Notes: a model not told the origin generated them from the letters alone. A stretch of DNA of 64,000 bases from Candidatus Oxydemutatoraceae bacterium (GCA_965218975.1 OZ244717.1:1984001-2048000), one strand, 5' to 3'. Counted from the first letter of the stretch, positions 33,525 through 45,014 are shown. Translations and numbers: made by a program.

Positions 33525-35471
33525 CTACTCCTTAGGCTTTGAGTCATCATTAACTTCTTCAAATTCAGCATCAACAACTTCCGCACCTTGTTTTTCACTA
33601 TCACCGTTGGCTTGTGACTGACCACTGTCACCATCAGCAGATGCTTGTTGTTGCTCTTTATACAATTGTTCGGCAACTTTTGCCGAAGCTTGAGCCAACG
33701 CCTCGGTTTTTTTCTCGATAGCGGATTCTTCATCATCCTTTAATGCCGTTCGCAAGTCGGAAACCGCAGTTTCTACCTGCTGCCTGTCTTCGGCGTTGAC
33801 TTTATCGCCCAAGTCTTTCAAACTCTTTTCACTCGAGTGAATCAATTGCTCCGCTTGATTGCGCAGTGTCACTAATTTATGGAACTTACGATCATCCTCA
33901 GCATGCTTTTCGGCATCACGCACCATATTATCAATTTCTTTATCCGATAAACCGCTTGATGCTTTGATAACAATCGACTGTTCTTTACCGGTCGCTTTAT
34001 CCTTTGCGTAAACATTCAAAATACCATTAGCATCAATATCAAAAGACACTTCAATCTGTGGCATACCACGCGGCGCCGGGGGAATATCCGCCAGATTAAA
34101 CTGCCCTAGCGATTTATTTGCCGAGGCCCGCTCGCGTTCACCTTGAAGCACATGCACTGTAACCGCAGTTTGATTATCCTCAGCAGTTGAAAAAACTTGT
34201 GAGGCGTGAGTCGGAATCGTCGTATTTTTTTCAATCAATTTTGTCATCACTCCGCCTAGAGTTTCGATGCCTAAAGATAAAGGTGTCACATCAAGCAATA
34301 ACAAATCTTTGACATCGCCACCAAGCACACCACCTTGCAACGCGGCGCCAATCGCGACTGCTTCATCGGGATTCATATCTTTGCGCGGATTCTTGCCGAA
34401 AAAGTCGCTAACTTTCTGTTGCACCTTGGGCATCCGGGTCTGTCCGCCGACCAAAATCACATCATCGATGTCCGACGTATGCAACCCGGCATCTTTCAGG
34501 ACCTGCTTGCATGGTCCGATTGTTTTATCAATCATATCTTCGACCAGCGACTCCAACTTTGCTCTGGTGATTTTGATATTCATGTGCTTGGGCCCCGCCT
34601 GATCCGCCGTAATGTAGGGCAAATTTACTTCAGTCTGCTGGTTCGACGACAATTCAATTTTGGCCTTTTCCGCCGCTTCTTTCAATCTCTGCAAAGCAAG
34701 CGGATCATTTGCCAGATTCACCCCTTGCTCGCGTTTAAACTCATCAGTGAGGTAGTTGATCAGCTTCATATCAAAGTCTTCACCGCCTAAAAAAGTGTCG
34801 CCGTTGGTTGCCAACACTTCAAACTGCTGCTCGCCGTCAATTTCAGCAATTTCTATAATCGAAATATCGAAAGTACCGCCGCCTAAATCATACACAGCAA
34901 TTTTGCGATCGTCTCCCTTTTTGTCGACACCGTAAGCCAAAGCAGCGGCAGTCGGTTCATTGATAATACGCTTTACTTCCAATCCGGCAATCTTTCCGGC
35001 GTCCTTAGTTGCTTGCCGTTGTGAATCGTTGAAATAAGCCGGCACAGTGATTACCGCTTCCTTAACTTCCTCTCCTAAATATTCTTCGGCAGTTTTCTTC
35101 ATCTTCATCAACACGCGCGCCGAAATTTCAGGAGGAGCCATTTTCTTATCTTTTACTTTGACCCACGCATCACCATTGTCTGCTTTAACGATTGAATACG
35201 GCACCAAGTCAATATCCTTTTTAACCGCACTTTCATCAAAACGTCTTCCTATCAAACGCTTTACCGCATACAAAGTATTGTTAGGATTAGTAATTGATTG
35301 ACGTTTCGCAGACTGGCCAATAAACACTTCATCACTATTTTGGTCAAATGCAACAACCGAAGGTGTTGTCCGATCGCCCTCAGAATTTTCCACCACACGG
35401 GGGGCATTGTTTTCCATGACTGCGACACAAGAATTTGTCGTGCCAAGATCAATCCCGATAATTTTACTCAT
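33525..35471 (-). CDS. dnaK: Chaperone DnaK
   Basis: [25 protein letters not shown]. Confidence 0.99.
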   Translation of the reverse strand: MSKIIGIDLGTTNSCVAVMENNAPRVVENSEGDRTTPSVVAFDQNSDEVFIGQSAKRQSITNPNNTLYAVKRLIGRRFDESAVKKDIDLVPYSIVKADNGDAWVKVKDKKMAPPEISARVLMKMKKTAEEYLGEEVKEAVITVPAYFNDSQRQATKDAGKIAGLEVKRIINEPTAAALAYGVDKKGDDRKIAVYDLGGGTFDISIIEIAEIDGEQQFEVLATNGDTFLGGEDFDMKLINYLTDEFKREQGVNLANDPLALQRLKEAAEKAKIELSSNQQTEVNLPYITADQAGPKHMNIKITRAKLESLVEDMIDKTIGPCKQVLKDAGLHTSDIDDVILVGGQTRMPKVQQKVSDFFGKNPRKDMNPDEAVAIGAALQGGVLGGDVKDLLLLDVTPLSLGIETLGGVMTKLIEKNTTIPTHASQVFSTAEDNQTAVTVHVLQGERERASANKSLGQFNLADIPPAPRGMPQIEVSFDIDANGILNVYAKDKATGKEQSIVIKASSGLSDKEIDNMVRDAEKHAEDDRKFHKLVTLRNQAEQLIHSSEKSLKDLGDKVNAEDRQQVETAVSDLRTALKDDEESAIEKKTEALAQASAKVAEQLYKEQQQASADGDSGQSQANGDSEKQGAEVVDAEFEEVNDDSKPKE

Positions 35472-35512
35472 TATTTAGCGCTCCTAGTTTATTCGCGTTA
35501 TTCCATATACAT

Positions 35513-35538
35513 ATATGGGAGTTTTTTAGTTTTTCAAG
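35513..35538 (-). promoter_or_regulatory. sigma32-type heat-shock promoter for dnaK
   Basis: CTTGAA-N13-CCCATAT. Confidence 0.75.
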
Positions 35539-36190
35539 ACTGCGAGTTTTCATCGTCGGATAAAGACTTTGATATCGTCACCATCGCCGGGCGAAGTAGT
35601 CGATCATGCAGCAAATAGCCTTTTTGCATCACTTCAATTACCGAATTCGCCGGATGTTCGGAAGATTCCAGCAAACCCATTGCTTGATGTAGTTTCGGAT
35701 CAAAAATTTTACCGCTCGGATTAATTTCCTTGATGCCAAATTGATCAAAATTTTTTGTCAACAATTTTAGCGTTAAACTGACACCTTTATGGATATCTTC
35801 CAGCGAAGATTCTTCAGAATTACACGCGGATAAACTGCGTTCCAAATTATCTTTCACTTCCAACAAATCGATGACAAAACTTTCCAATGCGTACATCCTT
35901 ACGCTATGGATTTCACGTTCGGCTCTCTTGCGTGCATTATCAGCATCAGCCTGCGCACGGGCGGACAAGTTAAAATATTTTTTAATTTCTCCTTCCAATT
36001 GTTCAACTTTTTTACGTAATAATGCCAATTCATTGTCGTCGGCGTTCTCTTTGGCAGTATTCGCTTCGGCATTTTCCGCTTCCGCCACGGAGTCCTGCGA
36101 CGGAGAATCTAAAGCTTGAGAACTTAACTCTTCGGATTGTGCGGCCTCAGCCGAGGATATATTATTTATGTCATTTTGCTTGTCGTTCAT
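35534..36190 (-). CDS. grpE: Nucleotide exchange factor GrpE
   Basis: FDPKLHQAM and QKGYLLHDRLLRPAMV. Confidence 0.97.
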   Translation of the reverse strand: MNDKQNDINNISSAEAAQSEELSSQALDSPSQDSVAEAENAEANTAKENADDNELALLRKKVEQLEGEIKKYFNLSARAQADADNARKRAEREIHSVRMYALESFVIDLLEVKDNLERSLSACNSEESSLEDIHKGVSLTLKLLTKNFDQFGIKEINPSGKIFDPKLHQAMGLLESSEHPANSVIEVMQKGYLLHDRLLRPAMVTISKSLSDDENSQS

Positions 36191-36230
36191 TTGGAATTAC
36201 TCTTATTCGATTGATCAATGCATGCCAAAC

Positions 36231-36256
36231 TATAAGGCCAAACTATATCATTTCAA
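36231..36256 (-). promoter_or_regulatory. Possible sigma32 promoter for grpE
   Basis: TTGAA-N14-CCTTATA. Confidence 0.5.
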
Positions 36257-36401
36257 CCGCAATCAGCGCCGCCTCTACGCCAAACGCGGAATTGCCCTGA
36301 ATTTCGCGACGCACGAGCGGAACCTCTAGTTCGGCTATAATTTTATCTTAATCAAGGCATTCATACTAAGCAACCATCGTTAAAAACACCCTCATATTTG
36401 A

Positions 36402-37283
36402 ATGGATATCAAAAATTCTCAAAAAATAGGACTCATCATAAAGCCAAATGATGAACGCAGTATCAAAGTTACACAGGACCTAGTTTCTTATCTGCTAAGT
36501 CGCAAGAAAAAAGTTTTTATAGATGAAGAAGCTAGGGTTGATTTATTGGAAAGAAGTGTCGAATCGGTTCATCGTAAAGAGCTGGCAACTCTGTGCAATT
36601 TAATTGTCGCACTTGGCGGTGACGGCACTTTGCTCTGTGCGGCACGTGCAATTGCTCACAGGGAAGTGCCGTTAATCGGCATCAGTCTCGGAAACTTGGG
36701 ATTTTTAGTTGAAATCTCTCCACAACAAATGGTCAGCAAACTAGATCAAATATTTGACAATCACTATCGCCTTGAGGAACGCACGATGCTAGCCGCAACC
36801 CATCTTCGAGGTAATAACACATTGGAGGAATATAACGCTTGTAACGATGTCGTAATCAAACATCATGGAACGGCGCGCATGATTGAACTTAATACTTCAA
36901 TTGACGATTCGTTAATCAGCAGTATCTTATCGGACGGCTTAATCGTTTCAACGCCGACAGGGTCGACCGCCTATGCTTTATCTAGTGGCGGACCTCTCGT
37001 CGAACCCATTCTTGAAGCAACATTAATCGTTCCGATTTGCCCCCATACATTGAGCTATCGCCCATTGATCATTGATGCAAATAAAACTATTGAGATTGAA
37101 TATACTCATTATAATGAAGACCCCGGACTGATATCAATCGACGGTCAGATTAATACGATGTCACAACCCGGCGACCGAGTAACAATTAAAACTTTGCCGC
37201 ACAAATTAAACCTCATCCAACCGCCAAAGCATGACTATTTTCACACTTTAAGAACCAAGTTACGTTGGAGTGAGAAATTATAG
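36402..37283 (+). CDS. nadK: NAD kinase
   Basis: GGDGT, GNLGFL, DGLIVSTPTGSTAY. Confidence 0.97.
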   Translation: MDIKNSQKIGLIIKPNDERSIKVTQDLVSYLLSRKKKVFIDEEARVDLLERSVESVHRKELATLCNLIVALGGDGTLLCAARAIAHREVPLIGISLGNLGFLVEISPQQMVSKLDQIFDNHYRLEERTMLAATHLRGNNTLEEYNACNDVVIKHHGTARMIELNTSIDDSLISSILSDGLIVSTPTGSTAYALSSGGPLVEPILEATLIVPICPHTLSYRPLIIDANKTIEIEYTHYNEDPGLISIDGQINTMSQPGDRVTIKTLPHKLNLIQPPKHDYFHTLRTKLRWSEKL

Positions 37284-37289
37284 ATTCCT

Positions 37290-38993
37290 ATGCTGAAATC
37301 TCTGACCGTAAAAAATTTTGTCATTGTCCGACACGCTCAATTGGAGTTTGAACAAGGTATGTCAGTAATCACCGGTGAAACGGGGGCGGGGAAATCCATT
37401 TTGATCGAAGCATTGATAATTGTGCTCGGACAACGCGCTCCAAACCGGTTAATACCGCAAGACAAAAAACTTTCCGTCAGCCTCAGTTTTGATTTGTCAA
37501 AAAACTCTACGGCAAAAAAATGGCTCACAGCACACAATTTGGATAGTGAAGATGATTGCATTCTGCAACGCATTATTGAGAGCGGTGCACGTTCCCATGC
37601 ATATATCAATGGAATACCGGTTACATTAAATCAGCTTAAAAAGCTCGGAGGAATGCTTGTCGACATTGTCGGACAAAACGCGCACCAACAGCTATTACAG
37701 CCTAAAAAACACCTTGAAATTTTAGATTTACATTGCGGAAATCAAACCCTGACAAAAGAATTACATAAGCTTTGGCAGAAATGGACCTCTTTATCTCAAC
37801 AAATCGAGAAGTGTCAAACTCAACAAGAAAAGACAACCGGATACATTGATTTGCTCCGCTATCAGGTAAAAGAACTTGAAGAATTCTCACCTGAGCAGGA
37901 TGAATTTGAACAAATCGAAAAAGAACATATCCGCTTGGCACAGATTGAGCAATTAAGAAAACAAACCGAGCAAGCATACAACACGCTATATAAGGCAGAT
38001 GAACATAGCATTTATGCACAGATTGCGCAAATAAGCGGCAAACTGGAAAGCTTTTCCACTGCTGATGAAAATCTTGCTAAAGTAAGAATTGAACTCGAGA
38101 CCGCAATGGAATGTATTCAAAATGCGAACGATGAAATGAAAATCTGCTTGGAGAAATCTTTGGTATCGAATGAAGAATTTGACAAAATTGAAAGAAGGCT
38201 ATCCGGCTATATCGAACTATCGCGTAAACACAAAACTGCACCGGGGCAGATTGCCAAACACTACCAAAAACTAAACGAAGAACTGAATCGCATTGAAAAT
38301 CCGGAATGCGATATCGAAGGTCTTAAACAGAAACGCACCGCTTGTGCCGAAACGTACAATCAGTTGGCTTTAAAAATCCGGCAACGACGGCATGAAGGAG
38401 TAAATGCTTTGGAACGTGAAATCAACCAACTGCTAAACCGGTTAAATATGCCGATGGTGCGTTTTGCCGTTCGCTTTAAAAAATGCGACGGAACCCCAAA
38501 AGCCGAAGGACTAGATAATGTCGAGTTTATGGTACGAACCAATCCCGGGCAACCGCTTGCCCCCGTGCGAAAAGTCGCTTCAGGAGGGGAACTGTCTCGG
38601 ATTAGCCTTGCAATACAAGTTGCGTTTGCAAAAAATCATCCGATTCCAACTTTAGTTTTCGATGAAGTCGACGCAGGCATCGGAGGCAAAACCGCCGAAA
38701 TGATTGGAAAACTACTACGCCGACTCGGCTGCAAAACACAAGTCTTATGTATCACGCATCTTCCGCAAATCGCGACATTTGCCAACCACCATTATTTTGT
38801 GAAAAAGCAAAGTTACGCTTCCGCAACGACAGTCGATATAAGGAAATTAAGCACTACTGAGGAACGTAAGCAAGAAATTGCGCGTATGCTCGCTGGTACA
38901 AAAATTACCGATCGCACCCTAGCACATGCGAAGGAAATGCTTGCGCTCAGCACACCGGCACAACCGTCAACCGACATCAATGCAAACGATTAA
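37290..38993 (+). CDS. recN: DNA repair protein RecN
   Basis: GETGAGKS, ASGGELSR, FDEVDAG, ITHLPQ. Confidence 0.98.
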   Translation: MLKSLTVKNFVIVRHAQLEFEQGMSVITGETGAGKSILIEALIIVLGQRAPNRLIPQDKKLSVSLSFDLSKNSTAKKWLTAHNLDSEDDCILQRIIESGARSHAYINGIPVTLNQLKKLGGMLVDIVGQNAHQQLLQPKKHLEILDLHCGNQTLTKELHKLWQKWTSLSQQIEKCQTQQEKTTGYIDLLRYQVKELEEFSPEQDEFEQIEKEHIRLAQIEQLRKQTEQAYNTLYKADEHSIYAQIAQISGKLESFSTADENLAKVRIELETAMECIQNANDEMKICLEKSLVSNEEFDKIERRLSGYIELSRKHKTAPGQIAKHYQKLNEELNRIENPECDIEGLKQKRTACAETYNQLALKIRQRRHEGVNALEREINQLLNRLNMPMVRFAVRFKKCDGTPKAEGLDNVEFMVRTNPGQPLAPVRKVASGGELSRISLAIQVAFAKNHPIPTLVFDEVDAGIGGKTAEMIGKLLRRLGCKTQVLCITHLPQIATFANHHYFVKKQSYASATTVDIRKLSTTEERKQEIARMLAGTKITDRTLAHAKEMLALSTPAQPSTDINAND

Positions 38994-39000
38994 ATCTCTC

Positions 39001-39426
39001 TTAGGCTAATCTAAGACTTTTACATTTCTCGCACCGAACATACATCGTAAGCGTATACTCGACGATGGCTACTTTATAACTACTGGCTATTTTTTCCATT
39101 TGATCAAAGACAATCGTATCGTGAAACTCCAAAATCTTGCCGCATCTTACGCATACAATGTGATCGTGGTGTCCTCCATCCTGAATCAATTCAAACACCG
39201 CAGCTCTGTTATTGAATGAATGGCGAATTACCAAACCCGCAGTCTCGAATTGAGCAAGCACACGGTAAACTGTTGCCAGACTGATTTCCTCATCTTCGTC
39301 CAGTAGCTTTTTATAAATATCCTCAGCACTAACATGCTTACTATCGACTCTTTCCAGAATCTCCAGAATTTTCTTCCGCGGAATCGTAACTTTTAGTCTA
39401 ACTCTTTTAAGGTCTGCTGTTTCCAT
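39001..39426 (-). CDS. fur: Ferric uptake regulator
   Basis: LKVTIPR, SLATVYRVL, HHDHIVCVRCG. Confidence 0.95.
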   Translation of the reverse strand: METADLKRVRLKVTIPRKKILEILERVDSKHVSAEDIYKKLLDEDEEISLATVYRVLAQFETAGLVIRHSFNNRAAVFELIQDGGHHDHIVCVRCGKILEFHDTIVFDQMEKIASSYKVAIVEYTLTMYVRCEKCKSLRLA

Positions 39427-39485
39427 ATTTCTTTACCATGCTGTATGGTACATGCAAATCTTACACTAACAATGCTACTTAAGGA

Positions 39486-39911
39486 ATGCTTCGAAAATCT
39501 TTACGGTATAGCTCATTGTACCTCATGGGGAAAACCTTTTTAGTCGCAGCGCTACTAACCGCTATTTGTGCGTGCTCAACAAAAAAAATTACTGCCGGCG
39601 AAGGAGGCGATTTCTTCAAAAGAATCTTTTCCAAAGACACTTACAAAATTTATCGTATTGACATTCAGCAGGGAAATAACATCACCGCAGTCCAGTTAAA
39701 AAAATTAAAACGGGGGCTGAGCAAAGAACAAGTCCGCTATTTACTCGGCACAACCATCACTCCGACATTATTTCGCCAGAACCGTTGGGACTACACTTAT
39801 TATTTCATTTCAGGCACAAGCTCCAAACGAAAAAAATATAGCCTATCGCTATTTTTTGACGACAACGTCTTAGTGCAGATTTGTCAGACAAAAAAAGACT
39901 CACGTTGTTGA
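39486..39911 (+). CDS. bamE: Outer membrane assembly lipoprotein BamE (start uncertain)
   Basis: Lipobox ICAC, YRIDIQQGN, QVRYLLGT, RWDY; divergent from fur. Confidence 0.9.
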   Translation: MLRKSLRYSSLYLMGKTFLVAALLTAICACSTKKITAGEGGDFFKRIFSKDTYKIYRIDIQQGNNITAVQLKKLKRGLSKEQVRYLLGTTITPTLFRQNRWDYTYYFISGTSSKRKKYSLSLFFDDNVLVQICQTKKDSRC

Positions 39912-40028
39912 ACAGAACCTAAAGCAGGAACATTGAGCAGACGCATCTAAGAAATGCGCACGTTAACATGCTTCCGTCGGGAAAAGTTTATAATGAACTA
40001 CTATCCATCAACAAATCAACAGTAACAA

Positions 40029-40298
40029 ATGATTAATAAAAAAGTTATTATCGGTAATAAATTGGGCTTACACGCCCGCGCCGCAGCAAAGTTTGTTGCA
40101 CTCGCATCTCGCTTTGAAAGCTGTATTAGGCTAAAGAAAAACAGCCAGACTGTCAATGGCAAAAGTATTATGGGAGTCATTATGCTTGCCGCCTCGCGGG
40201 GCACCGAACTCCAATTATTGATTGAAGGGGCAGATGAAATTGAAGCGGAGAAAAAGATTATCGGGTTGATTGATAATCGTTTTGATGAAGAAGAATAA
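40029..40298 (+). CDS. ptsH: HPr-family phosphocarrier protein
   Basis: GLHARAA and NGKSIMG. Confidence 0.92.
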   Translation: MINKKVIIGNKLGLHARAAAKFVALASRFESCIRLKKNSQTVNGKSIMGVIMLAASRGTELQLLIEGADEIEAEKKIIGLIDNRFDEEE

Positions 40299-40301
40299 GC
40301 C

Positions 40302-42023
40302 ATGAGTTTGATTCTAAATGGTGTAGGGGTATCTCGCGGTATTGCAATCGGGAAAGTCCACATACTCAATCGGGGCGAGTTTGATTTACAAGAAGCTCAC
40401 ATTCCAAAAGAAAGTATCGGAAATGAAATCAAACGGTTCAAAGCGGCATTGCAAGCCGCCGATCAACATCTACAGGAGATCCGTAAATCAATTGAAAATA
40501 AGTTTCCATCCGACATTGTCGGCTTTATTGACTCGCACCTACTAATGCTCAACGACGAGCTGCTTGGCGATGCGGTCGTTGATATCATCAAACAACGCCA
40601 ATGTAATGCGGAATGGGCATTACAAATACAACAAAATCAACTCACTGCGGTCTTTGATGAAATGCAGAATGATTACCTAAAGACACGACGCGACGATGTC
40701 GAACATGTCATTCACTTAATTCATCGATTCCTCACCGGGCACAACGGACGCCGCACACTTAGAGTGACACATATCAGAAACCATATTATTATTGCCGACG
40801 ATCTGACGCCTGCCGATACTATCCTTTTGCAGCACCAAAATATCAGTGGATTTGCCACCGAATTAGGCGGGCCGACTTCACATACTGCGATTCTCGCTCG
40901 CGGAATGAACATTCCCGCAGTTGTCGCGGTCAATAACATCCGCACTTTGACCGCTGAAAATGAAACAATCATTTTAGACGGAAAATCCGGCATAATTATT
41001 GCCGATGCGGATACGACATTAATTAATGAATATTATTCCAGACAAAGAAAGGAAAAACAATACGCCAAGCAATTGCTATCCTTAAGCGATAGAAAGACAA
41101 TTACCCGCGACGGAAGAAGCATTACTCTGATGGCAAATATAGAACTTGCCGACGAAATTAAAATTTTGAAAAAAATCAAAGCGAGTGGCATCGGTTTGTA
41201 TCGAACCGAATTCTTATACTTAGACCGAGAATCCGCCGCGATGGAAGAGGAACAGTACCGTACTTATCGTCGCTTGCTTAAAGCGATGGATAGCAAACCA
41301 GTGACAATCCGTACATTGGACCTTGGCGCCGAGAAAGAATTTGACCCGAAATACAAAGCGCCTCTTACCTTGAATCCGGCATTAGGCTTACGCGCAATCC
41401 GCCGTTCACTGAAAGACCCGGAGTCGTTTCTCCAACAACTGAGAGCGATATTACGTGCATCCGCTCATGGGGAAGTACGCATTATGCTTCCGATGCTAAC
41501 TAACATTCATGAACTTGACCAGATTAAGCAACTGATTGAAACCGCAAAATCACAATTACATAACGACAAGAAAGCGTACGACAAAAATATTCGTGTCGGC
41601 GGTATGATAGAAGTTCCGGCCGCCGCATTGTCAGCGGAATATTTAGCAAAACATCTAGACTTTCTTTCTATCGGGACTAACGATTTGATTCAATATACTT
41701 TGGCGATCGATCGCATTGACGAACAAGTCAACTATCTGTACGACCCGCTACACCCAAGTATATTAAAACTAATCAAACTAGTGATCCGTGCCGGAGAAAA
41801 TGCCGGTATACCTGTTGCAATGTGCGGTGAAATGGCAGGTGATCCTAATTACATAAAACTGCTGCTTGGAATGGGGCTCACCGAATTTAGTGTACATTTG
41901 TCCACTTTGCTTGAGGTCAAAAAAATCATTCTGGAAAGCGACACTAAAAAGTTAAAAAATAAATGCCGTAAAATATTCAGCGTTGATCCGAAAAAGATTC
42001 CGGATATTGTCGCAAGTCTCTAA
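40302..42023 (+). CDS. ptsI: PTS enzyme I
   Basis: GGPTSHTAI, GLYRTEF, SIGTNDL, MCGEMAG. Confidence 0.96.
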   Translation: MSLILNGVGVSRGIAIGKVHILNRGEFDLQEAHIPKESIGNEIKRFKAALQAADQHLQEIRKSIENKFPSDIVGFIDSHLLMLNDELLGDAVVDIIKQRQCNAEWALQIQQNQLTAVFDEMQNDYLKTRRDDVEHVIHLIHRFLTGHNGRRTLRVTHIRNHIIIADDLTPADTILLQHQNISGFATELGGPTSHTAILARGMNIPAVVAVNNIRTLTAENETIILDGKSGIIIADADTTLINEYYSRQRKEKQYAKQLLSLSDRKTITRDGRSITLMANIELADEIKILKKIKASGIGLYRTEFLYLDRESAAMEEEQYRTYRRLLKAMDSKPVTIRTLDLGAEKEFDPKYKAPLTLNPALGLRAIRRSLKDPESFLQQLRAILRASAHGEVRIMLPMLTNIHELDQIKQLIETAKSQLHNDKKAYDKNIRVGGMIEVPAAALSAEYLAKHLDFLSIGTNDLIQYTLAIDRIDEQVNYLYDPLHPSILKLIKLVIRAGENAGIPVAMCGEMAGDPNYIKLLLGMGLTEFSVHLSTLLEVKKIILESDTKKLKNKCRKIFSVDPKKIPDIVASL

Positions 42024-42081
42024 GCGTTTTGTTTCCGGCAATAAACGCCATAACATACAAGAACTTTTTTCAGTGATGATA

Positions 42082-42372
42082 TTATTGATACTCTGCCCGT
42101 GCTCGTCGTGCTGCCGTCGGAGATTGCTGTAAGGGACGCAATACTTCAATTCGGTCACCGTCATTTAACTTTTGATCCAAATTAACCTGCTGCCCGAAAA
42201 TTCCAACCGCGAGCCGAGTCAAGTCTAGATCAGGAAAGCGTTCGAACAATTGTGAAACTTCGAGCGCTTCGATCAAACGAGAACCGACAGGCACCCTCAA
42301 GGCTTGATCAAAACATTGGTTCGAATCGTTGTAGACAACTCTGATCCTTATATGCCGCTGAACTTCAACCAT
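42082..42372 (-). CDS. ratB: RnfH/RatB ubiquitin-like protein
   Basis: VGIFG...LNDGDRIEVLRPL...ARRARA. Confidence 0.88.
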   Translation of the reverse strand: MVEVQRHIRIRVVYNDSNQCFDQALRVPVGSRLIEALEVSQLFERFPDLDLTRLAVGIFGQQVNLDQKLNDGDRIEVLRPLQQSPTAARRARAEYQ

Positions 42373-42799
42373 AAATTTCTCGCGCTCGATTGAGAAACGC
42401 TTTGACTAATGAAGCGACAACACGTACGAATATCGGATTAAGCAATTTATCGTAAATAAGATTAGAAAACCGATAATCAAAATCCAACGAAACCTTGCAT
42501 CTTTCTTCCCCCAACGCGTTTAATTTCCAGACCCCTTGCAAATGTTTAAACGGCCCCTCTACCAGACGCATAACGATACTTTCATCTTCAACACTACGAT
42601 TCAGCGTTGTAAAGCTGACACGGATACCTTTGTGGCGAACCTCCAAAGTCGCAAGCACCGAACCATCCTCATTTTCTTTCTCGATTTTAGATTCTTCACA
42701 CCATGGGAGAAAGTTTTTATACAGGTTTATATCATTAATCAAAGTGTAGATTTGCCGACAACTATATGGAACTACCGCTTCGCGATGTAATCGGCTCAT
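42365..42799 (-). CDS. ratA: RatA/Coq10 START-domain protein
   Basis: YKNFLPWC and LVEGPFKHLQGVW. Confidence 0.92.
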   Translation of the reverse strand: MSRLHREAVVPYSCRQIYTLINDINLYKNFLPWCEESKIEKENEDGSVLATLEVRHKGIRVSFTTLNRSVEDESIVMRLVEGPFKHLQGVWKLNALGEERCKVSLDFDYRFSNLIYDKLLNPIFVRVVASLVKAFLNRAREIYG

Positions 42800-44154
42800 G
42801 CAAACTTAATAACTTGATTCAATAAGATAAGAAAAATAACAACCGGACAAACGTAGCGTAACATAAAATGCCATAGCCTATAAAACAACGGATGCGATAT
42901 ATTCAGTTCTTCCCTCAACACAACTGCAGGTAATTTCCAACCAACAAAAATAGCGATAAATGCCCCGCCGAGCGGCAAAATGATATTTGCCGTCAAATAC
43001 TCTAGCGCATCAAATAAGGACACACCTTTAATCGACCAAATTTCGGTATGGGTAAAAGAAAATATAGTGCCTAAACCCAGCAACCAAGCGGTCAACCCAA
43101 CTAGCCAGGCAGCGGTTTTTCTACTATGGTTACGTGTTTCGCATAGCCAAGCAACTGCCGGTTCAACCAGAGAGATTGCCGAAGTCCATGCGGCGAGAAA
43201 TAGTAAAACAAAAAAAATCGCCCCGATGACGTCACCGGCGGGCATACTGCCAAAGGCTAAAGGCAACGTTTTAAATACTAACCCGGGACCCTGTGCCGAT
43301 TCCAATCCGTACTGAAAAACTAATGCAAACACGATGAGTCCGGCAAAAATTGCAACCAAAGTATCCACAACTACAATGATCGCGGTAGTACGCACTATCC
43401 TGACATTGCTCGGCAAATAAGATCCATAAACCATTACCGCCCCTAATCCGATGCTTAGAGAAAAAAATGCCTGCCCCAATGCATGCACCGCCGCTTTAGG
43501 AGTCAGCTTTGTCAAATCAAAGGTAAACATGAATTGCACACTTTCTTTGAAAGCGCCGCCAAACATCACGTAGATTAATAAAAATACTAACAGACCAAAA
43601 AATAACGGCATTGAGTAGCTAATGACACGTTCAATGCCTAATTTTACGCCATTAGCCACAACCATAGTGGTAATCAGCATAAAAATCGTATGCCATGCCA
43701 GTAATTTTTCGGAATCCCCCACCAAATTGTCAAATACGCTGCCAACGCCATCCGCTGTTATATTTTCAAATGCGCCGGAACCGGCTCGGAAAAAATAAGC
43801 CAGCGTCCAACCGGCAATGACACTGTAATACGATAGGATTAAAAATCCGCCGATAACTCCGAACCACCCGAGTAGCTTCCAATTAGGACTTAAACTAAAA
43901 TCGCTGGCAAGACGGTCCATAGTGTTGATAGGACTTCGGCGTCCGCGGCGTCCAAGCAGAATTTCCCCCGTCATCACGGGCAAAATCATCAGAACCGACA
44001 GGATATAAATAAGAATAAAAATGCCGCCGCCAAACTCGCCGACAATGTAAGGAAATTTCCAAATATTTCCGAGGCCAACCGCTGAACCGATAACAGCCAA
44101 TATAAAAGTAAGTTGAGAAGTCCATTGACTATGAACTTTTTGATTTAGCGGCAT
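42796..44154 (-). CDS. Sodium-dependent transporter (SNF/NSS family)
   Basis: GSAVGLGNIWKFPY and GQAFFSLS. Confidence 0.94.
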   Translation of the reverse strand: MPLNQKVHSQWTSQLTFILAVIGSAVGLGNIWKFPYIVGEFGGGIFILIYILSVLMILPVMTGEILLGRRGRRSPINTMDRLASDFSLSPNWKLLGWFGVIGGFLILSYYSVIAGWTLAYFFRAGSGAFENITADGVGSVFDNLVGDSEKLLAWHTIFMLITTMVVANGVKLGIERVISYSMPLFFGLLVFLLIYVMFGGAFKESVQFMFTFDLTKLTPKAAVHALGQAFFSLSIGLGAVMVYGSYLPSNVRIVRTTAIIVVVDTLVAIFAGLIVFALVFQYGLESAQGPGLVFKTLPLAFGSMPAGDVIGAIFFVLLFLAAWTSAISLVEPAVAWLCETRNHSRKTAAWLVGLTAWLLGLGTIFSFTHTEIWSIKGVSLFDALEYLTANIILPLGGAFIAIFVGWKLPAVVLREELNISHPLFYRLWHFMLRYVCPVVIFLILLNQVIKFA

Positions 44155-44267
44155 TGCTTTTTATGCTATAAGTCTTGATTAACTTGCCAGTAAGCGGCAG
44201 TATAGTAAATAACTATTTTAGGAAAATCAAACTTAATTACTTCACGTCAGAGGACGGATGTGATCCA

Positions 44268-44744
44268 ATGAGGCACACAAATAAAAAATCTCCCGCGATC
44301 GCCGCCAATCCAAATGCCGCACGCAATTATTTTATTGAGTCACGTGTTGAAACAGGCATCGTACTGCAGGGATGGGAAATCAAAAGCCTAAGGAAAAATC
44401 GCCTCAATCTGAAGGACGGACATGCACGCCTGATAAATAATGAAGTGTGGTTGATTGGCGCTCATATTTCACCCTTGTCCGACTGTGACCAAAGCGGCAG
44501 CGGAGTCAGTCCGACCCGAACACGAAAGCTTCTACTAAGAAAACATGAAATCGGCCGGCTGGTCGGAGCGGTCAATCGCAAAGGATATTCACTAGTCCCA
44601 ACTCGAGCATATTGGAAAGGAAACTTCGTTAAAATCGAACTCGTTTTGGGCAAAGGCAAGCATGTACGCGATAAGCGCGCCGCTGAAAAACTTCGTAGCT
44701 GGAATCAAAATAAAAACCGCTTGCTAAAAAAACAACCTAACTAA
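44268..44744 (+). CDS. smpB: SsrA-binding protein SmpB
   Basis: GIVLQGWEIKSLR, RTRKLLL, GKHVRDKR; start ATG 44268. Confidence 0.95.
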   Translation: MRHTNKKSPAIAANPNAARNYFIESRVETGIVLQGWEIKSLRKNRLNLKDGHARLINNEVWLIGAHISPLSDCDQSGSGVSPTRTRKLLLRKHEIGRLVGAVNRKGYSLVPTRAYWKGNFVKIELVLGKGKHVRDKRAAEKLRSWNQNKNRLLKKQPN

Positions 44745-44756
44745 TGTCAGCCCAGA

Positions 44757-45014
44757 TTATATTTCGCTTTTAGCGTTGCAAGCATATATTGCTCGGCGCA
44801 TATTTTTTTCTTTAATGTGCGCCATCGCAGCTGTAGCGCACTCATCCCGCGAGGAAAAAATCCCAACCGATTTCCCTTGAACATTGCTGCCTGGCTTTTT
44901 ATAAACAATACTGTGCCAATCTACGTCCACTTGGGTAGAGTGACGGCGTTCTCCTTCTTCGGTAACACAAGCCACTAACAGCGGTAATAGTGCCATTGCA
45001 AATATTAACTTCAT
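44757..45014 (-). CDS. Small hypothetical lipoprotein
   Basis: GGAG RBS, MKLIFAMALLPLLVAC lipobox, 85 aa. Confidence 0.7.
   Translation of the reverse strand: MKLIFAMALLPLLVACVTEEGERRHSTQVDVDWHSIVYKKPGSNVQGKSVGIFSSRDECATAAMAHIKEKNMRRAIYACNAKSEI

Noticed and set aside
36191-36401. hrcA remnant or CIRCE element upstream of grpE
   Set aside because: No TTAGCACTC-N9-GAGTGCTAA and no convincing coding remnant; sigma32-like promoters suffice.
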